A DNA stretch of 41,275 bases from a virus. Taxonomy: Duplodnaviria > Caudoviricetes. Location: positions 1 through 41,275 of IMG/VR virus record IMGVR_UViG_3300048819_000110. One strand, 5' to 3'. Below, piece after piece: positions 1-8,324 of this stretch (position 1 is its first letter; each line of letters starts with the position of its first letter). The notes under the pieces were generated by a model. The model worked only from the letters and a program-made list of their open reading frames with translations. It was not told the DNA's origin and did no database searches. The translations under genes were made by a program, and so were the position numbers.

Positions 1-930
1 TTTGCCGTTGCCGGTGCGAAAGTCCGCCTGACCGCCGAATCCCTCGCCCGCATTCCAAGCGAACACCTGCCAATCGTCTGGCATTTGGTGTTCGCCTTCG
101 TATCCAGCCAAACAGATTCGCATCAGAGGTTTTTTGCCCTCTTCAATCGCCCATTCGCGGACGGCATGAGCAACGCTGGTTGAGTCAATGCGATAGAGTG
201 TCTCGTTTCGGTTGGCGGTGTCGGCGTAGGGTGGGTCTAAAAAAACCGCCGTCAATCCATGCTTGAAGGTGACGGACAGCCCGCAGACTCGCGACCAGTC
301 ACCACAGCACACGCGAACGCCGCGCAGGCGGTCGGAAAGCGCCCTGAAATAGTTTTTCAAATCGTCATTGACTGGCAAAGGTGCGTTTCCTCCTGCTGGT
401 CCGGCGATGGAAACACGCTTCCGATTGACCCCTCGCCCGTTGTCGCCGAGGTGGACGAGCTGCCGATTGACCCCTCGCCCGTTGTCGCCGAGGTGGACGA
501 GCTGCCCGTCAACCACTTGCCAAGGACCATCACCCGAACAAAATCCGCTTCCGATCCAGCAGGCCATTCCCCACACCCACCAGCCGGCTATTTTTGCGTC
601 ATGAAATTCGGGATCACCCTCCAGCTTTGATTGCAGTGGTTCTTTTTGCCCGACCAGCCATGCGTGCCGAGCGTGGAGATCGTTTTCATTCACCGGCCAG
701 TCCGCGTATTCAGCAACTTTGTCTGGGTCCGCCTTCAATGCGCGCCAGAAGTTGCTCATTAACCCGTCCGCGTCGTTGACCGTCTCAAGCGTGTGGGGAG
801 CGGGGCGGTTCAGCAGCACGGCGCCGGAGCCGAAAAATGGTTCGACGTAATTCTTGACCGAGCCGAATCGTTTCCAAATTTCCGCCGCGACTTTTCGCTT
901 TCCGCCGAAGTATGGGAATGGCGCTTTCAC
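1..930 (-). CDS. DNA adenine methyltransferase, D12/Dam class (3' end runs off window; absent from ORF track)
   Basis: Hand translation from GTG at 930: MKAPFPYFGGKRKVA...YVEPFFGSGAVLL...VNDADG...AVFLDPPY...LAGYEGEH; open to position 1; GTGA overlap with upstream ORF. Confidence 0.92.
   Translation of the reverse strand, partial: MKAPFPYFGGKRKVAAEIWKRFGSVKNYVEPFFGSGAVLLNRPAPHTLETVNDADGLMSNFWRALKADPDKVAEYADWPVNENDLHARHAWLVGQKEPLQSKLEGDPEFHDAKIAGWWVWGMACWIGSGFCSGDGPWQVVDGQLVHLGDNGRGVNRQLVHLGDNGRGVNRKRVSIAGPAGGNAPLPVNDDLKNYFRALSDRLRGVRVCCGDWSRVCGLSVTFKHGLTAVFLDPPYADTANRNETLYRIDSTSVAHAVREWAIEEGKKPLMRICLAGYEGEHQMPDDWQVFAWNAGEGFGGQADFRTGNGK
421..504. repeat. 42-bp tandem repeat x2 inside the MTase (QLVHLGDNGRGVNR)
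   Basis: ccgattgacccctcgcccgttgtcgccgaggtggacgagctg at 421-462 and 463-504. Confidence 0.95.
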
Positions 931-1118
931 TTCTTTTGCTCCTCGATGGCGCGGCGGACAGGGAGCCACTTCATGGTGCAGTTTTCGGCGGTTCGAGCTG
1001 ACTCGAACGCGAGGGATTTTACGTCCTGGGCGCTCTCTGGGTCAGAGTGTTCGAGCTGTCGGAAAAGTGCCCAAAGGTCTTCCGCCTCTTTTTTGTGCGC
1101 GAGAGCGAGTGAAGTCAT
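927..1118 (-). CDS. Hypothetical phage protein
   Basis: Fits the operon; stop overlaps the MTase start. Confidence 0.7.
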   Translation of the reverse strand: MTSLALAHKKEAEDLWALFRQLEHSDPESAQDVKSLAFESARTAENCTMKWLPVRRAIEEQKK

Positions 1119-1132
1119 AAATTTAGGTGACT

Positions 1133-1165
1133 ATCCCTTCATGGCAAGTAACGCCATGAAGGGAT
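1133..1165 (-). other. Perfect 13-bp intergenic hairpin
   Basis: atcccttcatggc-N7-gccatgaagggat between co-directional genes; no U-tract on the coding strand. Confidence 0.6.
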
Positions 1166-1169
1166 GTTG

Positions 1170-1436
1170 TTATTTTCCAGCGGGACGTTTATCCAGCCCT
1201 TTTTCCGCGAGGATGGCCGCGAGGTCATCCACATGGAGACAGTCACACATACACGCACCGATGATGATGGCCGGGCCTTGTGGGCCATAGCCGGTTATCA
1301 CCAGTTCGCCGTTGCAGTGGTCGTTTCCAGCGACTGCGTTTTGCAGTTGTCCGCTGGCGGCAATCTTGCCACTGGACGATTCCAGTTGGATTACCTTGTC
1401 TCCGTTCTTTGCTTCTCTGCCGTTTCTGTAGTGCAT
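1170..1436 (-). CDS. Conserved hypothetical phage protein (MHYRNGREAKNGD...)
   Basis: ORF with AAGGA upstream; protein-like composition; fits the operon. Confidence 0.8.
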   Translation of the reverse strand: MHYRNGREAKNGDKVIQLESSSGKIAASGQLQNAVAGNDHCNGELVITGYGPQGPAIIIGACMCDCLHVDDLAAILAEKGLDKRPAGK

Positions 1437-1494
1437 TTTATTTTTTCCTTTCTCTTTTGTTGTTTACTTGCCGTCAAGGGATACTCGCCTAAAT

Positions 1495-2169
1495 TTATCG
1501 GTCGGACGGGGGCAACTGGTTGTGCGCGGTCGGTGGTCGGTCGTTCAGCATGCGGATCGCGTGACTCATGGTCTGGATTTCGACGCAGATGTTCGGCCGC
1601 CGTATCATGCGGTCAGGTATGCGCGGGTCGATTGCCCCCAGCTGCTCCAGCATCAGATTGCTGGTGATGATCGTCCAGCGATTTTCCCGCGCGCCAACCA
1701 GCGCGTTTAGCTGCTCGGTGGCAAAACCTGTGGTGTCGCGCTCGGCACCGATGTCATCCAAAAACAGCACAGGCCATCGGGCCATGTCGCGGAGCAACTC
1801 AAACGAATTCCCGGCGCGCAGGTCCGACACAAAACAGGGCCAATAAATTTCGTGGTGGTTGAATTGCGACCCGCGCCAGTCCAGGCGGTTGGAGAGGTGC
1901 ACCCACAGCCGGCGGCCACAATGCGTCTTTCCGGTGCCGGTATTTCCGAGGATTGTAATCCATCGCGGGTAATCGGGGAAAAGCTTAAACCCCAGGGCAA
2001 AATTAGCGCAGGCGTTTATTAGCGCGGTGATGTCTTTGTCATTGTGGGGTTGGATTTTCAGCCATGCGGCCCAGCCTTCCAAGGCCTTTGTACTGAGAGG
2101 CAAGTCCCTCGTTGGCGGTTCCGATACTTCGGTCAACGTGTTGCGGAGGATGGTGGCTGCGTTTTTCAT
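1495..2169 (-). CDS. DnaC/IstB-like AAA+ helicase loader (alternative start 2190)
   Basis: Walker A GNTGTGKT, Walker B LFLDDIGAE, TIITSNL, RIPDRM; downstream of the initiator. Confidence 0.9.
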   Translation of the reverse strand: MKNAATILRNTLTEVSEPPTRDLPLSTKALEGWAAWLKIQPHNDKDITALINACANFALGFKLFPDYPRWITILGNTGTGKTHCGRRLWVHLSNRLDWRGSQFNHHEIYWPCFVSDLRAGNSFELLRDMARWPVLFLDDIGAERDTTGFATEQLNALVGARENRWTIITSNLMLEQLGAIDPRIPDRMIRRPNICVEIQTMSHAIRMLNDRPPTAHNQLPPSDR

Positions 2170-2848
2170 TGGATTTGTTGTCGGGTTCATGGATGGATTG
2201 CCAGTTGGCGGTGATTGAGTGAAGAATGGCTTTCAAAGCGCGCTCCGGTCCCATGGCTTCGAGGGCTTTGATTTGAGCTTCGGCTGAGATGATCGTCGGT
2301 GTTTTTCGGAGCTGCTTCAGGTGTTCGAGCCATTTTCTCCATGCGTCTTGGATTGCCGGCGAGTTTATGGACAGTGGCAGCTTGTAGGGGTCGGATTGTG
2401 GTTCGACTTCTGGAAAATCATTAAAGCCGATGCTACAAGCATGCTCCAAGCAATGCTTGTCTCCTATACTGTCTTTATTTGGAGACGGAGACGGAGACGG
2501 AGACGGAGAGCTTTTTCTAGGTTCGTTTCCATAAACCACTAGGTTATCACTAGCTTTCCTAGGCCTTCCTCCTAGCTTTCCGTTTTTTGCCCTACTTTCC
2601 CTGAAAATACGCTGTTTTTTGCGCTCGAGCTCCAGACGCTTATTTTTTCCGCTCGGAAACTTGCTTAAAACATGCTCGGAAACTTCTCCCTTCGCTACAA
2701 TTTTCATGCGTGAAACATCTTCCGAAAGTTTACCGGCTGACCACTGGTGGCAAAGCAATAGGATATACGCCCCGACCTCCTCTTGAGTCATGGTCGATAC
2801 GCCCGCCACAAAGTCGTCTGGGTAGAATTGAAAAGCAGGTGGATTCAT
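2039..2848 (-). CDS. Phage replication initiator, YdaU/DUF1376 family
   Basis: N-term PAFQFYPDDF...EEVGAYILLLCHQW, RAKNGKLGGRP, SPSPSP linker, C-term helical domain (SITANWQSI). Confidence 0.88.
   Translation of the reverse strand: MNPPAFQFYPDDFVAGVSTMTQEEVGAYILLLCHQWSAGKLSEDVSRMKIVAKGEVSEHVLSKFPSGKNKRLELERKKQRIFRESRAKNGKLGGRPRKASDNLVVYGNEPRKSSPSPSPSPSPNKDSIGDKHCLEHACSIGFNDFPEVEPQSDPYKLPLSINSPAIQDAWRKWLEHLKQLRKTPTIISAEAQIKALEAMGPERALKAILHSITANWQSIHEPDNKSNEKRSHHPPQHVDRSIGTANEGLASQYKGLGRLGRMAENPTPQ
2430..2580. repeat. Putative replication origin iterons inside the initiator gene
   Basis: ATGCT(A/C)CAAGC x2 plus a partial copy (2430-2459); (GGAGAC)n 2481-2509; five CTAG-centred repeats 2517-2575. 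Confidence 0.6.
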
Positions 2849-2864
2849 TCGCAACAACTCAAAG

Positions 2865-2966
2865 GACGCCCCAACGTGAAACCCAGCTCAGGGCCGCCCG
2901 CAAGGGCAGTGAAGGCCATGTGGCGTTGGAGCGTCTTGTGAATTTTTGCCATATCGCTGGGTTTCA
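2865..2966 (-). ncRNA. Structured leader upstream of the initiator (c4/CI antisense-like candidate)
   Basis: 2865-2876 complements 2924-2935; 2877-2887 (tgaaacccagc) complements 2956-2966; internal gccc-gcaa-gggc hairpin. Confidence 0.5.
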
Positions 2967-2993
2967 ATCAGCAAAGGAAATTTAGCATGGTGT

Positions 2994-3092
2994 TTATGCG
3001 GGGTCAAATTGAAACTCACTGGCCGCGTCCGCGTTGGCCTGGGTCAGATAATCACAAGCCGTCTTGAAATACGACGGCTTCAACTCTACCAC
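2994..3092 (-). pseudogene. C-terminal remnant of an N4/N6 DNA methyltransferase
   Basis: VVELKPSYFKTACDYLTQANADAASEFQFDPA* resembles the GIELKPSYF tail of phage N6_N4 MTases. Confidence 0.55.
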
Positions 3093-3093
3093 G

Positions 3094-3600
3094 TCAGGCG
3101 CGTGTAAAGGGGTCTTGGTCGATTGCAACCCCAACAGTGCAGGATCTTTTAGTTTCGAAGCTATAAAAATTAGCGCTTATTCCCTCCACAAGAGCGCCTT
3201 TCATCCGGCGCATGGCGGACATTAGGATTCCAATTTCGACCATCTTATTCCATTCAGACAAAATTATAGCCTCACGAATGACCCGCACCTTGCTGCCGGT
3301 GAGTTCGATAAGTCCCCAATTTTCGGGCAGCATTTCTGGCATAATTACCCCCGGCAAACTCAAATAATAGCGGTATGCTCCGATACCTTTTTGGGGATGC
3401 AATCGAAATGGTTTTTTGGCATCAGCATAAAAATCTGATCGACTTGCTTTGCATTCAACTAATGTGGACACGCCGGGGCATCTCCAGCCAATTGCGTCAG
3501 GTCTCTCAAATCCGACTGAAGCCATTTCGGTTATTATGATGGAGTGTTTTTGCTTAGCCAGCCAACCAGCCGCTGCTAAAACAAGATGTTTGTGGTTCAT
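3094..3600 (-). CDS. Phage PD-(D/E)xK-fold (MmcB-like) protein
   Basis: ERPDAIGW...LVECKASRSDFYAD.KKPFR...YRYY...LPENWGLI. Confidence 0.75.
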   Translation of the reverse strand: MNHKHLVLAAAGWLAKQKHSIIITEMASVGFERPDAIGWRCPGVSTLVECKASRSDFYADAKKPFRLHPQKGIGAYRYYLSLPGVIMPEMLPENWGLIELTGSKVRVIREAIILSEWNKMVEIGILMSAMRRMKGALVEGISANFYSFETKRSCTVGVAIDQDPFTRA

Positions 3601-4256
3601 AATTCAGTTTTGCGCTCGAAGGCCAGGACCCACACCCAAGGGTTCAAATCCCATGACCCATGGCCGTTTATTGACTCCCAAAGTTCGCGGAAGGCGGCTT
3701 TTGCTGTTAAGTGTCCAACTCCGGGAGCGGTCGCGTAGCCTAAATAAAACGTGCTGCCCGGCGTTTCGCCTTGGTCGTTCCACCATTCTCTAATGCCCTC
3801 CGCGATTGCATCCTCCTCGCTGATGTCCTGCAACCGCTCGATGCGAACAGCTTTCAACTTGAGCGTGATCCGGCTGGCGGCTCGCGGCATGAAGATTGAC
3901 GGCTTCCAAGGCGGGTCGCCATCCTCGCGCTCAAAACCACATGTCGCCCGGTAAATCGGAACCCCAACCTTGCAGGAGCACGGTTCATAGCAGGCACAAT
4001 CATCCTTTGTGCTGAATCGAAAAGTCTCGCGAACCCAAATCTCGTCGCCAGGGCATCCGAATGGGCAGACTTGCACCCCACGCCGCAAAGCTGAGTTAAT
4101 TTCGTAGGAGTAATTGGGGTTAATTGGGATAGTAGTACCGTGCCGATCAATCCGCCCGCCCGCTTGGTATTTTGTAATTCTGCGCGTCTGCGTCTTGCTT
4201 CCATCGAGGATGCGCAAGACGTTAGGTCCGGTCATTAGGAGAGGTGTCGATTTCAT
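3597..4256 (-). CDS. Conserved phage protein, ASCH/PUA-like
   Basis: ILDGSKTQTRR...GDEIWVRETF...WKPSIFMPRAASRITL...ERLQDISEEDAIAEG...NPWVWV. Confidence 0.88.
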   Translation of the reverse strand: MKSTPLLMTGPNVLRILDGSKTQTRRITKYQAGGRIDRHGTTIPINPNYSYEINSALRRGVQVCPFGCPGDEIWVRETFRFSTKDDCACYEPCSCKVGVPIYRATCGFEREDGDPPWKPSIFMPRAASRITLKLKAVRIERLQDISEEDAIAEGIREWWNDQGETPGSTFYLGYATAPGVGHLTAKAAFRELWESINGHGSWDLNPWVWVLAFERKTEL

Positions 4257-4258
4257 GT

Positions 4259-4570
4259 TTAAAGTAATTGTTCTGGGTTTGCGACGACGCGCCAGCATTT
4301 TTTCCCATCGTAAATTTTATTCTTGAACATCCCTCTTTTGAGAACTGAACCAATGTGAACACCGGTCGCTTTAAAAATCTCATAATCAGTGCTGAAGGGA
4401 TTCTTTTTCAAAAAACGCACGACAGCGCCACGGGCTTGGGAGAGTCGCTCGTATCTGATCCGCCGCGAAATGCTCCGCCGGATGCGGCCCGGCGCCGTGC
4501 TCGTGCCCGGGGCCAGGGCGCCGAAGCGCTTCCACGCATCAGCTTTTGGAATCGGGTTTAGAGGTTTCAT
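4259..4570 (-). CDS. Hypothetical basic protein, possibly winged-helix
   Basis: Fits the operon; basic composition. Confidence 0.65.
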   Translation of the reverse strand: MKPLNPIPKADAWKRFGALAPGTSTAPGRIRRSISRRIRYERLSQARGAVVRFLKKNPFSTDYEIFKATGVHIGSVLKRGMFKNKIYDGKKCWRVVANPEQLL

Positions 4571-4593
4571 GTTTCGTGAAGCTTTTTAGCGAA

Positions 4594-4818
4594 TTAGTTG
4601 GCCAGGATTTCCACCTTTGGAACGCACCCAAGCGAATGGCATTTTGCAAAAATTTTGCCATCAGAAATAACGGCCCATGAAAGATTTTTCTTTCCGCACT
4701 CAGGGCAAAGCATAAGTCCATAATTCAATCCCTGCAAAACGCCGCGATTCTTCGAAGCTGTCTTAATCGGGTTTTTAGATTCTTCAAGAATTACCTTTTT
4801 GAGTGCGTCTATTGTCAT
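4594..4818 (-). CDS. Small Zn-ribbon protein
   Basis: CPEC...CHSLGC. Confidence 0.7.
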   Translation of the reverse strand: MTIDALKKVILEESKNPIKTASKNRGVLQGLNYGLMLCPECGKKNLSWAVISDGKIFAKCHSLGCVPKVEILAN

Positions 4819-4828
4819 AGTTTTAATT

Positions 4829-4856
4829 GCCCCGCCGACCTTTCAGCCGGCGGGGC
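4829..4856 (-). other. Intergenic GNRA hairpin
   Basis: Minus strand gccccgccggct-GAAA-ggtcggcggggc, 10 nt before the next ATG. Confidence 0.65.
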
Positions 4857-4862
4857 GCTGGG

Positions 4863-5141
4863 TCAGGTCTTGGGCGCGTCGGAAGGTTTAGTCGGCTTGA
4901 CCGGCTTCGTGCTCTTCGGCTTGCGGGGCTTGCGGGCGCGCTCGCTGAGGATTTCGGCGAATTCTTGCGCATTATCCACAAGCACTTCAGCTAAGGTGTC
5001 AACCGTTGCTGCATTGGAATCAGTAGCCGACCACGGCGCAAGTCGGGTAAAGCACAATTTAATTTCCTGCATTTTGGCTGCTTCAAGCGTCAGATGCACC
5101 GCGCCGTCACTGGTTTTGTAGCTTTTCGTTTGTTCGATCAT
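4863..5141 (-). CDS. Hypothetical protein with Lys/Pro-rich tail
   Basis: YKTSDG..H.TLEAA N-terminus typical of small phage proteins; A/C-rich leader. Confidence 0.75.
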   Translation of the reverse strand: MIEQTKSYKTSDGAVHLTLEAAKMQEIKLCFTRLAPWSATDSNAATVDTLAEVLVDNAQEFAEILSERARKPRKPKSTKPVKPTKPSDAPKT

Positions 5142-5163
5142 GTGTTTTTTGGTTGGTTAAATT

Positions 5164-5477
<314 letters not shown>

Positions 5478-5496
<19 letters not shown>

Positions 5497-5786
5497 TTTA
5501 TGAAGCTGATTACGGCTCGCATCGGGAGTACAACTTCGCCGACCATGTCCAGTTTCGTTTCGGGTTTCGGGCCGTCGATCAACTCCCCAAGACCTTGAGT
5601 CGTTCCCCATTTGCGAATGTTTCGGGCGTTTGTGATTGTCGCAAAGTCGCCATCAGTTGCGACGGTTCCGACATAGACAAATCCGCGATCAGCCACGACG
5701 ATTTGAGTCCCCCATTCTTTTGGGGCTGGATGTTGCGTTTGTTTTCCGCCGACGGCGGACAACAGTTCATTTAGTTCGATTTGCAT
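5478..5786 (-). CDS. DUF6948-like phage protein
   Basis: IVVADRGFVYVG...NARNIRKWGTTQGLGEL..GP. Confidence 0.8.
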
Positions 5787-5837
5787 TGTGTTTTTTGGTT
5801 CAGCAGACTGCCGGCCTGCCAGCGGGTTAACGCACCG

Positions 5838-5866
5838 ACATTAGCGCTGGCCGGAAAATAAGTCAA
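5838..5866 (-). promoter_or_regulatory. Leftward sigma70-type promoter
   Basis: TTGACT (5866-5861)-N17-TAATGT (5843-5838). Confidence 0.7.
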
Positions 5867-5877
5867 TAAAAAAGTTG

Positions 5878-5905
5878 TTGACTTTCATTTGCGACATGAT
5901 AATCT
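5878..5905 (+). promoter_or_regulatory. Rightward sigma70-type promoter, nearly leaderless to the HTH gene
   Basis: TTGACT (5878-5883)-N16-TAATCT with extended TG; ATG at 5915. Confidence 0.6.
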
Positions 5906-5914
5906 ATTTTCGCA

Positions 5915-6094
5915 ATGGCAAAACCAACCTCAATCCCCGACGCGCTGAAGGCTTGGCGCAAACGGAGAAAGCTGACGCAGAACCAGGCGGCGCTGATTAT
6001 CGGCGTGCAGAAGGAAACGTACATCAACTGGGAGTACGGTCGCAACAAACCCCTGCATCTGGCCAAAGAGGCGATGCTGAAAAAGATCAAATAA
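5915..6094 (+). CDS. Cro-like XRE helix-turn-helix regulator (59 aa, not in ORF track)
   Basis: MAKPTSIPDALKAWRKRRKLTQNQAALIIGVQKETYINWEYGRNKP... Confidence 0.9.
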   Translation: MAKPTSIPDALKAWRKRRKLTQNQAALIIGVQKETYINWEYGRNKPLHLAKEAMLKKIK

Positions 6095-6097
6095 TTT

Positions 6098-6271
6098 ATG
6101 ACACCAAAACAAAAACACATCCTGAGGTTCGTTGCGGTATTGTTGGGAATTGCTTTTTTGATAGCGATTGGGATTTTTATGCCAGCCGTATTCGGCATTA
6201 TGGCGCTTTCAGTGCTTACTGCCGCTATGGTCATAGCTGTCTTTTTGTCTCTTTGGATAATGACTAAATAA
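6098..6271 (+). CDS. Small 2-TM membrane protein (57 aa, not in ORF track)
   Basis: MTPKQKHILRFVAVLLGIAFLIAIGIFMPAVFGIMALSVLTAAMVIAVFLSLWIMTK; exactly fills the gap between neighbours. Confidence 0.75.
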   Translation: MTPKQKHILRFVAVLLGIAFLIAIGIFMPAVFGIMALSVLTAAMVIAVFLSLWIMTK

Positions 6272-6272
6272 C

Positions 6273-6749
6273 ATGATCTCCCAGCAACAATTCGACGAGA
6301 TGAAGGCGCGAACGGATCGGGCGAGGCGCAAGCTAAAAGGCGAAAACCCGTTGCAGCCTTTGGCTGCTGAGGTTGTCGCCAAAGAGGCCCAGCCGCCGAT
6401 CAAAAAACGCATCAGGCAGAGCGCAAAACCGCTAATGAATAAGCTGGAGCAGGAATTTTTTAAAAGACTGGAGACCAGAGGAGCGGATTGTTCGACGTTC
6501 CCACTCATCGGCAGTCTTCGCGCGCAGGCTCTAAAATTCAAGATTGCCAACAACGCTTTTTACAAGCCGGACATAACTGGATTTTGCGATGGACGATTGC
6601 ACGCATGGGAGGTCAAAGGCAACAAAGGCAAAAACATCGACCGTGGAAAGCTGGCGCTTAAAGTCGCCGCCTCAGCATGGCCGGAGGTGGTTTTTATCCT
6701 CGCTTGGAAAACTGACGGCCAGTGGAACGAGCAGCGCATTTTACCGTAA
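6273..6749 (+). CDS. PD-(D/E)xK endonuclease (DUF1064-like)
   Basis: MNKLE..F...YKPD...AWEVKG...KLKVAA-type motifs. Confidence 0.8.
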   Translation: MISQQQFDEMKARTDRARRKLKGENPLQPLAAEVVAKEAQPPIKKRIRQSAKPLMNKLEQEFFKRLETRGADCSTFPLIGSLRAQALKFKIANNAFYKPDITGFCDGRLHAWEVKGNKGKNIDRGKLALKVAASAWPEVVFILAWKTDGQWNEQRILP

Positions 6750-6774
6750 TTGAAATCGTCCAAACCACACAACC

Positions 6775-8070
6775 ATGAACACTGAAAACACTGAAACACC
6801 AAAAACCGTTGAAGTCGAAGTCGTCCAAGACGACAAACTTGTAAAATTCGCCAGCCAAACCGGGCTTGAAGCCGCGAAGGTTGCGAGTCTTGCTGAAACA
6901 TTCCGCCCCCTATTTAACAAGAGTCGGGCCGCAATTGATGAAGCGAAAGGCGTTGCCGAATCCGTGAAGGATGCGACCTGCGTAAGGGAAATCCGAAAGG
7001 CTCGCGCTTGCCGCCTGGCCCTGCGCGCTGTGCGCCTGGAAAGCGATGAGACCCGAAAGCGCGAAAAACAGTCAGCCCTGCTTTACGGCAAGGCCGTCGA
7101 TGGCTTCCACAACATCCTGATGGCTGATCTATCGCCGGTCGAAACCGCCTTGCAGGAAGCCGAAGACACCGCCGAGCGTGCCGAGGCTGCGCGTCTGTCC
7201 GCGCTCAAGGCGTCCCGCGAGGCCGAGTTGCGCCCGGTGACGGATGGGCCGATCCTTGGCGACCTGTCGGAATTGTCTGAGGAGCAGTTTGCCAAGATGC
7301 TGTCTGACGCCAAGCTGTTACGCCAGGCGAAGATTGAAGCGGCCGCGAAGGCTGAGGCCGAGGCGAAAGCCAAAGCAGAATCTGACCGTGCCGAGCGCGA
7401 GCGCATCGCTGCTGAAAATGCGCGATTGAAGGCCGAGGCTGAGGCCCGCGAGGCCACCGCGAAAGCCGAGCGCGAGGCTGCTGCCGCCAAGCTGGCCGAG
7501 GAGCGTGCTGCCGCTGAGGCTGCCGCGAAGGCTGCCGCTGAAAAGGCGCGCAAGGAACGTGAGGCCATCGAAGCGAAGGCGAAGGCCGAACGGGAAGCGG
7601 CGGAGGCCAAAGCCAGAGAGGAGCGTGCTGCCGCTGAGGCTGCCGCGAAGGCTGCCGCTGAAAAGGCGCGCAAGGAACGTGAGGCCATCGAAGCGAAGGC
7701 GAAGGCCGAACGGGAAGCGGCGGAGGCCAAAGCCAGAGAGGAGCGTGCTGCCGCTGAGGCTGCCGCGAAAAAAGAGCAAGCCAGACTCAAGGCAATCGCC
7801 GACGAAGAGCGAAGGAAGCTTCAGGAAGCCGAGGCGGAAGCGCAACGACTGCGCGATGTCGAGGCCAAACGACAAGCGGATGCTGCCGCCGCGAAAAAGA
7901 AAGCCGAGGCCGCGCCGGACAATGCCAAGGCACAGGCATTTGCAAATGCGCTGCGCGCCATGCCGCTGCCCACATTCCAGCATTCGCCGCAGTTCGCGAA
8001 TCTGGGAAACTACGTCGAGTCGCTCGCAAAATGGATCGAAGGCCAAATCAAGGACGGGGAGCTGATATGA
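6775..8070 (+). CDS. Long Ala/Glu/Lys/Arg coiled-coil phage protein
   Basis: Helical N-domain plus low-complexity stalk and APD..K C-terminal motif; typical neighbour of recombination genes. Confidence 0.85.
   Translation: MNTENTETPKTVEVEVVQDDKLVKFASQTGLEAAKVASLAETFRPLFNKSRAAIDEAKGVAESVKDATCVREIRKARACRLALRAVRLESDETRKREKQSALLYGKAVDGFHNILMADLSPVETALQEAEDTAERAEAARLSALKASREAELRPVTDGPILGDLSELSEEQFAKMLSDAKLLRQAKIEAAAKAEAEAKAKAESDRAERERIAAENARLKAEAEAREATAKAEREAAAAKLAEERAAAEAAAKAAAEKARKEREAIEAKAKAEREAAEAKAREERAAAEAAAKAAAEKARKEREAIEAKAKAEREAAEAKAREERAAAEAAAKKEQARLKAIADEERRKLQEAEAEAQRLRDVEAKRQADAAAAKKKAEAAPDNAKAQAFANALRAMPLPTFQHSPQFANLGNYVESLAKWIEGQIKDGELI
7501..7769. repeat. Perfect 120-bp tandem duplication plus 29-bp partial copy
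   Basis: 7501-7620 identical to 7621-7740. Confidence 0.97.
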
Positions 8071-8324
8071 GCGAGATTCACGTCCAAACCATTAATAACT
8101 TCATAGATCGCGACACCGGATTGGTTGTCGGTAAGAGGATTCACCAAACCCGCGAATCACTCCGCGACCAGTTCGCCGGGCAGGCACTGATGGGGATGGC
8201 TGCAAGTGAATTCTGGTCGGAAAACATCGATAAACCAAACAGCTCAGCAATTAACGCTATGGCAGAAATGGCCTACGCTGCCGCCGACGCGATGCTTGCC
8301 GCTCGCGAGAAGGGGGCCCAATGA
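8067..8324 (+). CDS. Hypothetical phage protein
   Basis: SLRDQFAGQALMG...AYAAADAMLAAR, a common phage motif; ATGA coupling. Confidence 0.85.
   Translation: MSEIHVQTINNFIDRDTGLVVGKRIHQTRESLRDQFAGQALMGMAASEFWSENIDKPNSSAINAMAEMAYAAADAMLAAREKGAQ

Noticed and set aside
259-1290. + strand ORFs in the ORF track
   Set aside because: They overlap the minus-strand MTase and its upstream genes, which carry clear motifs
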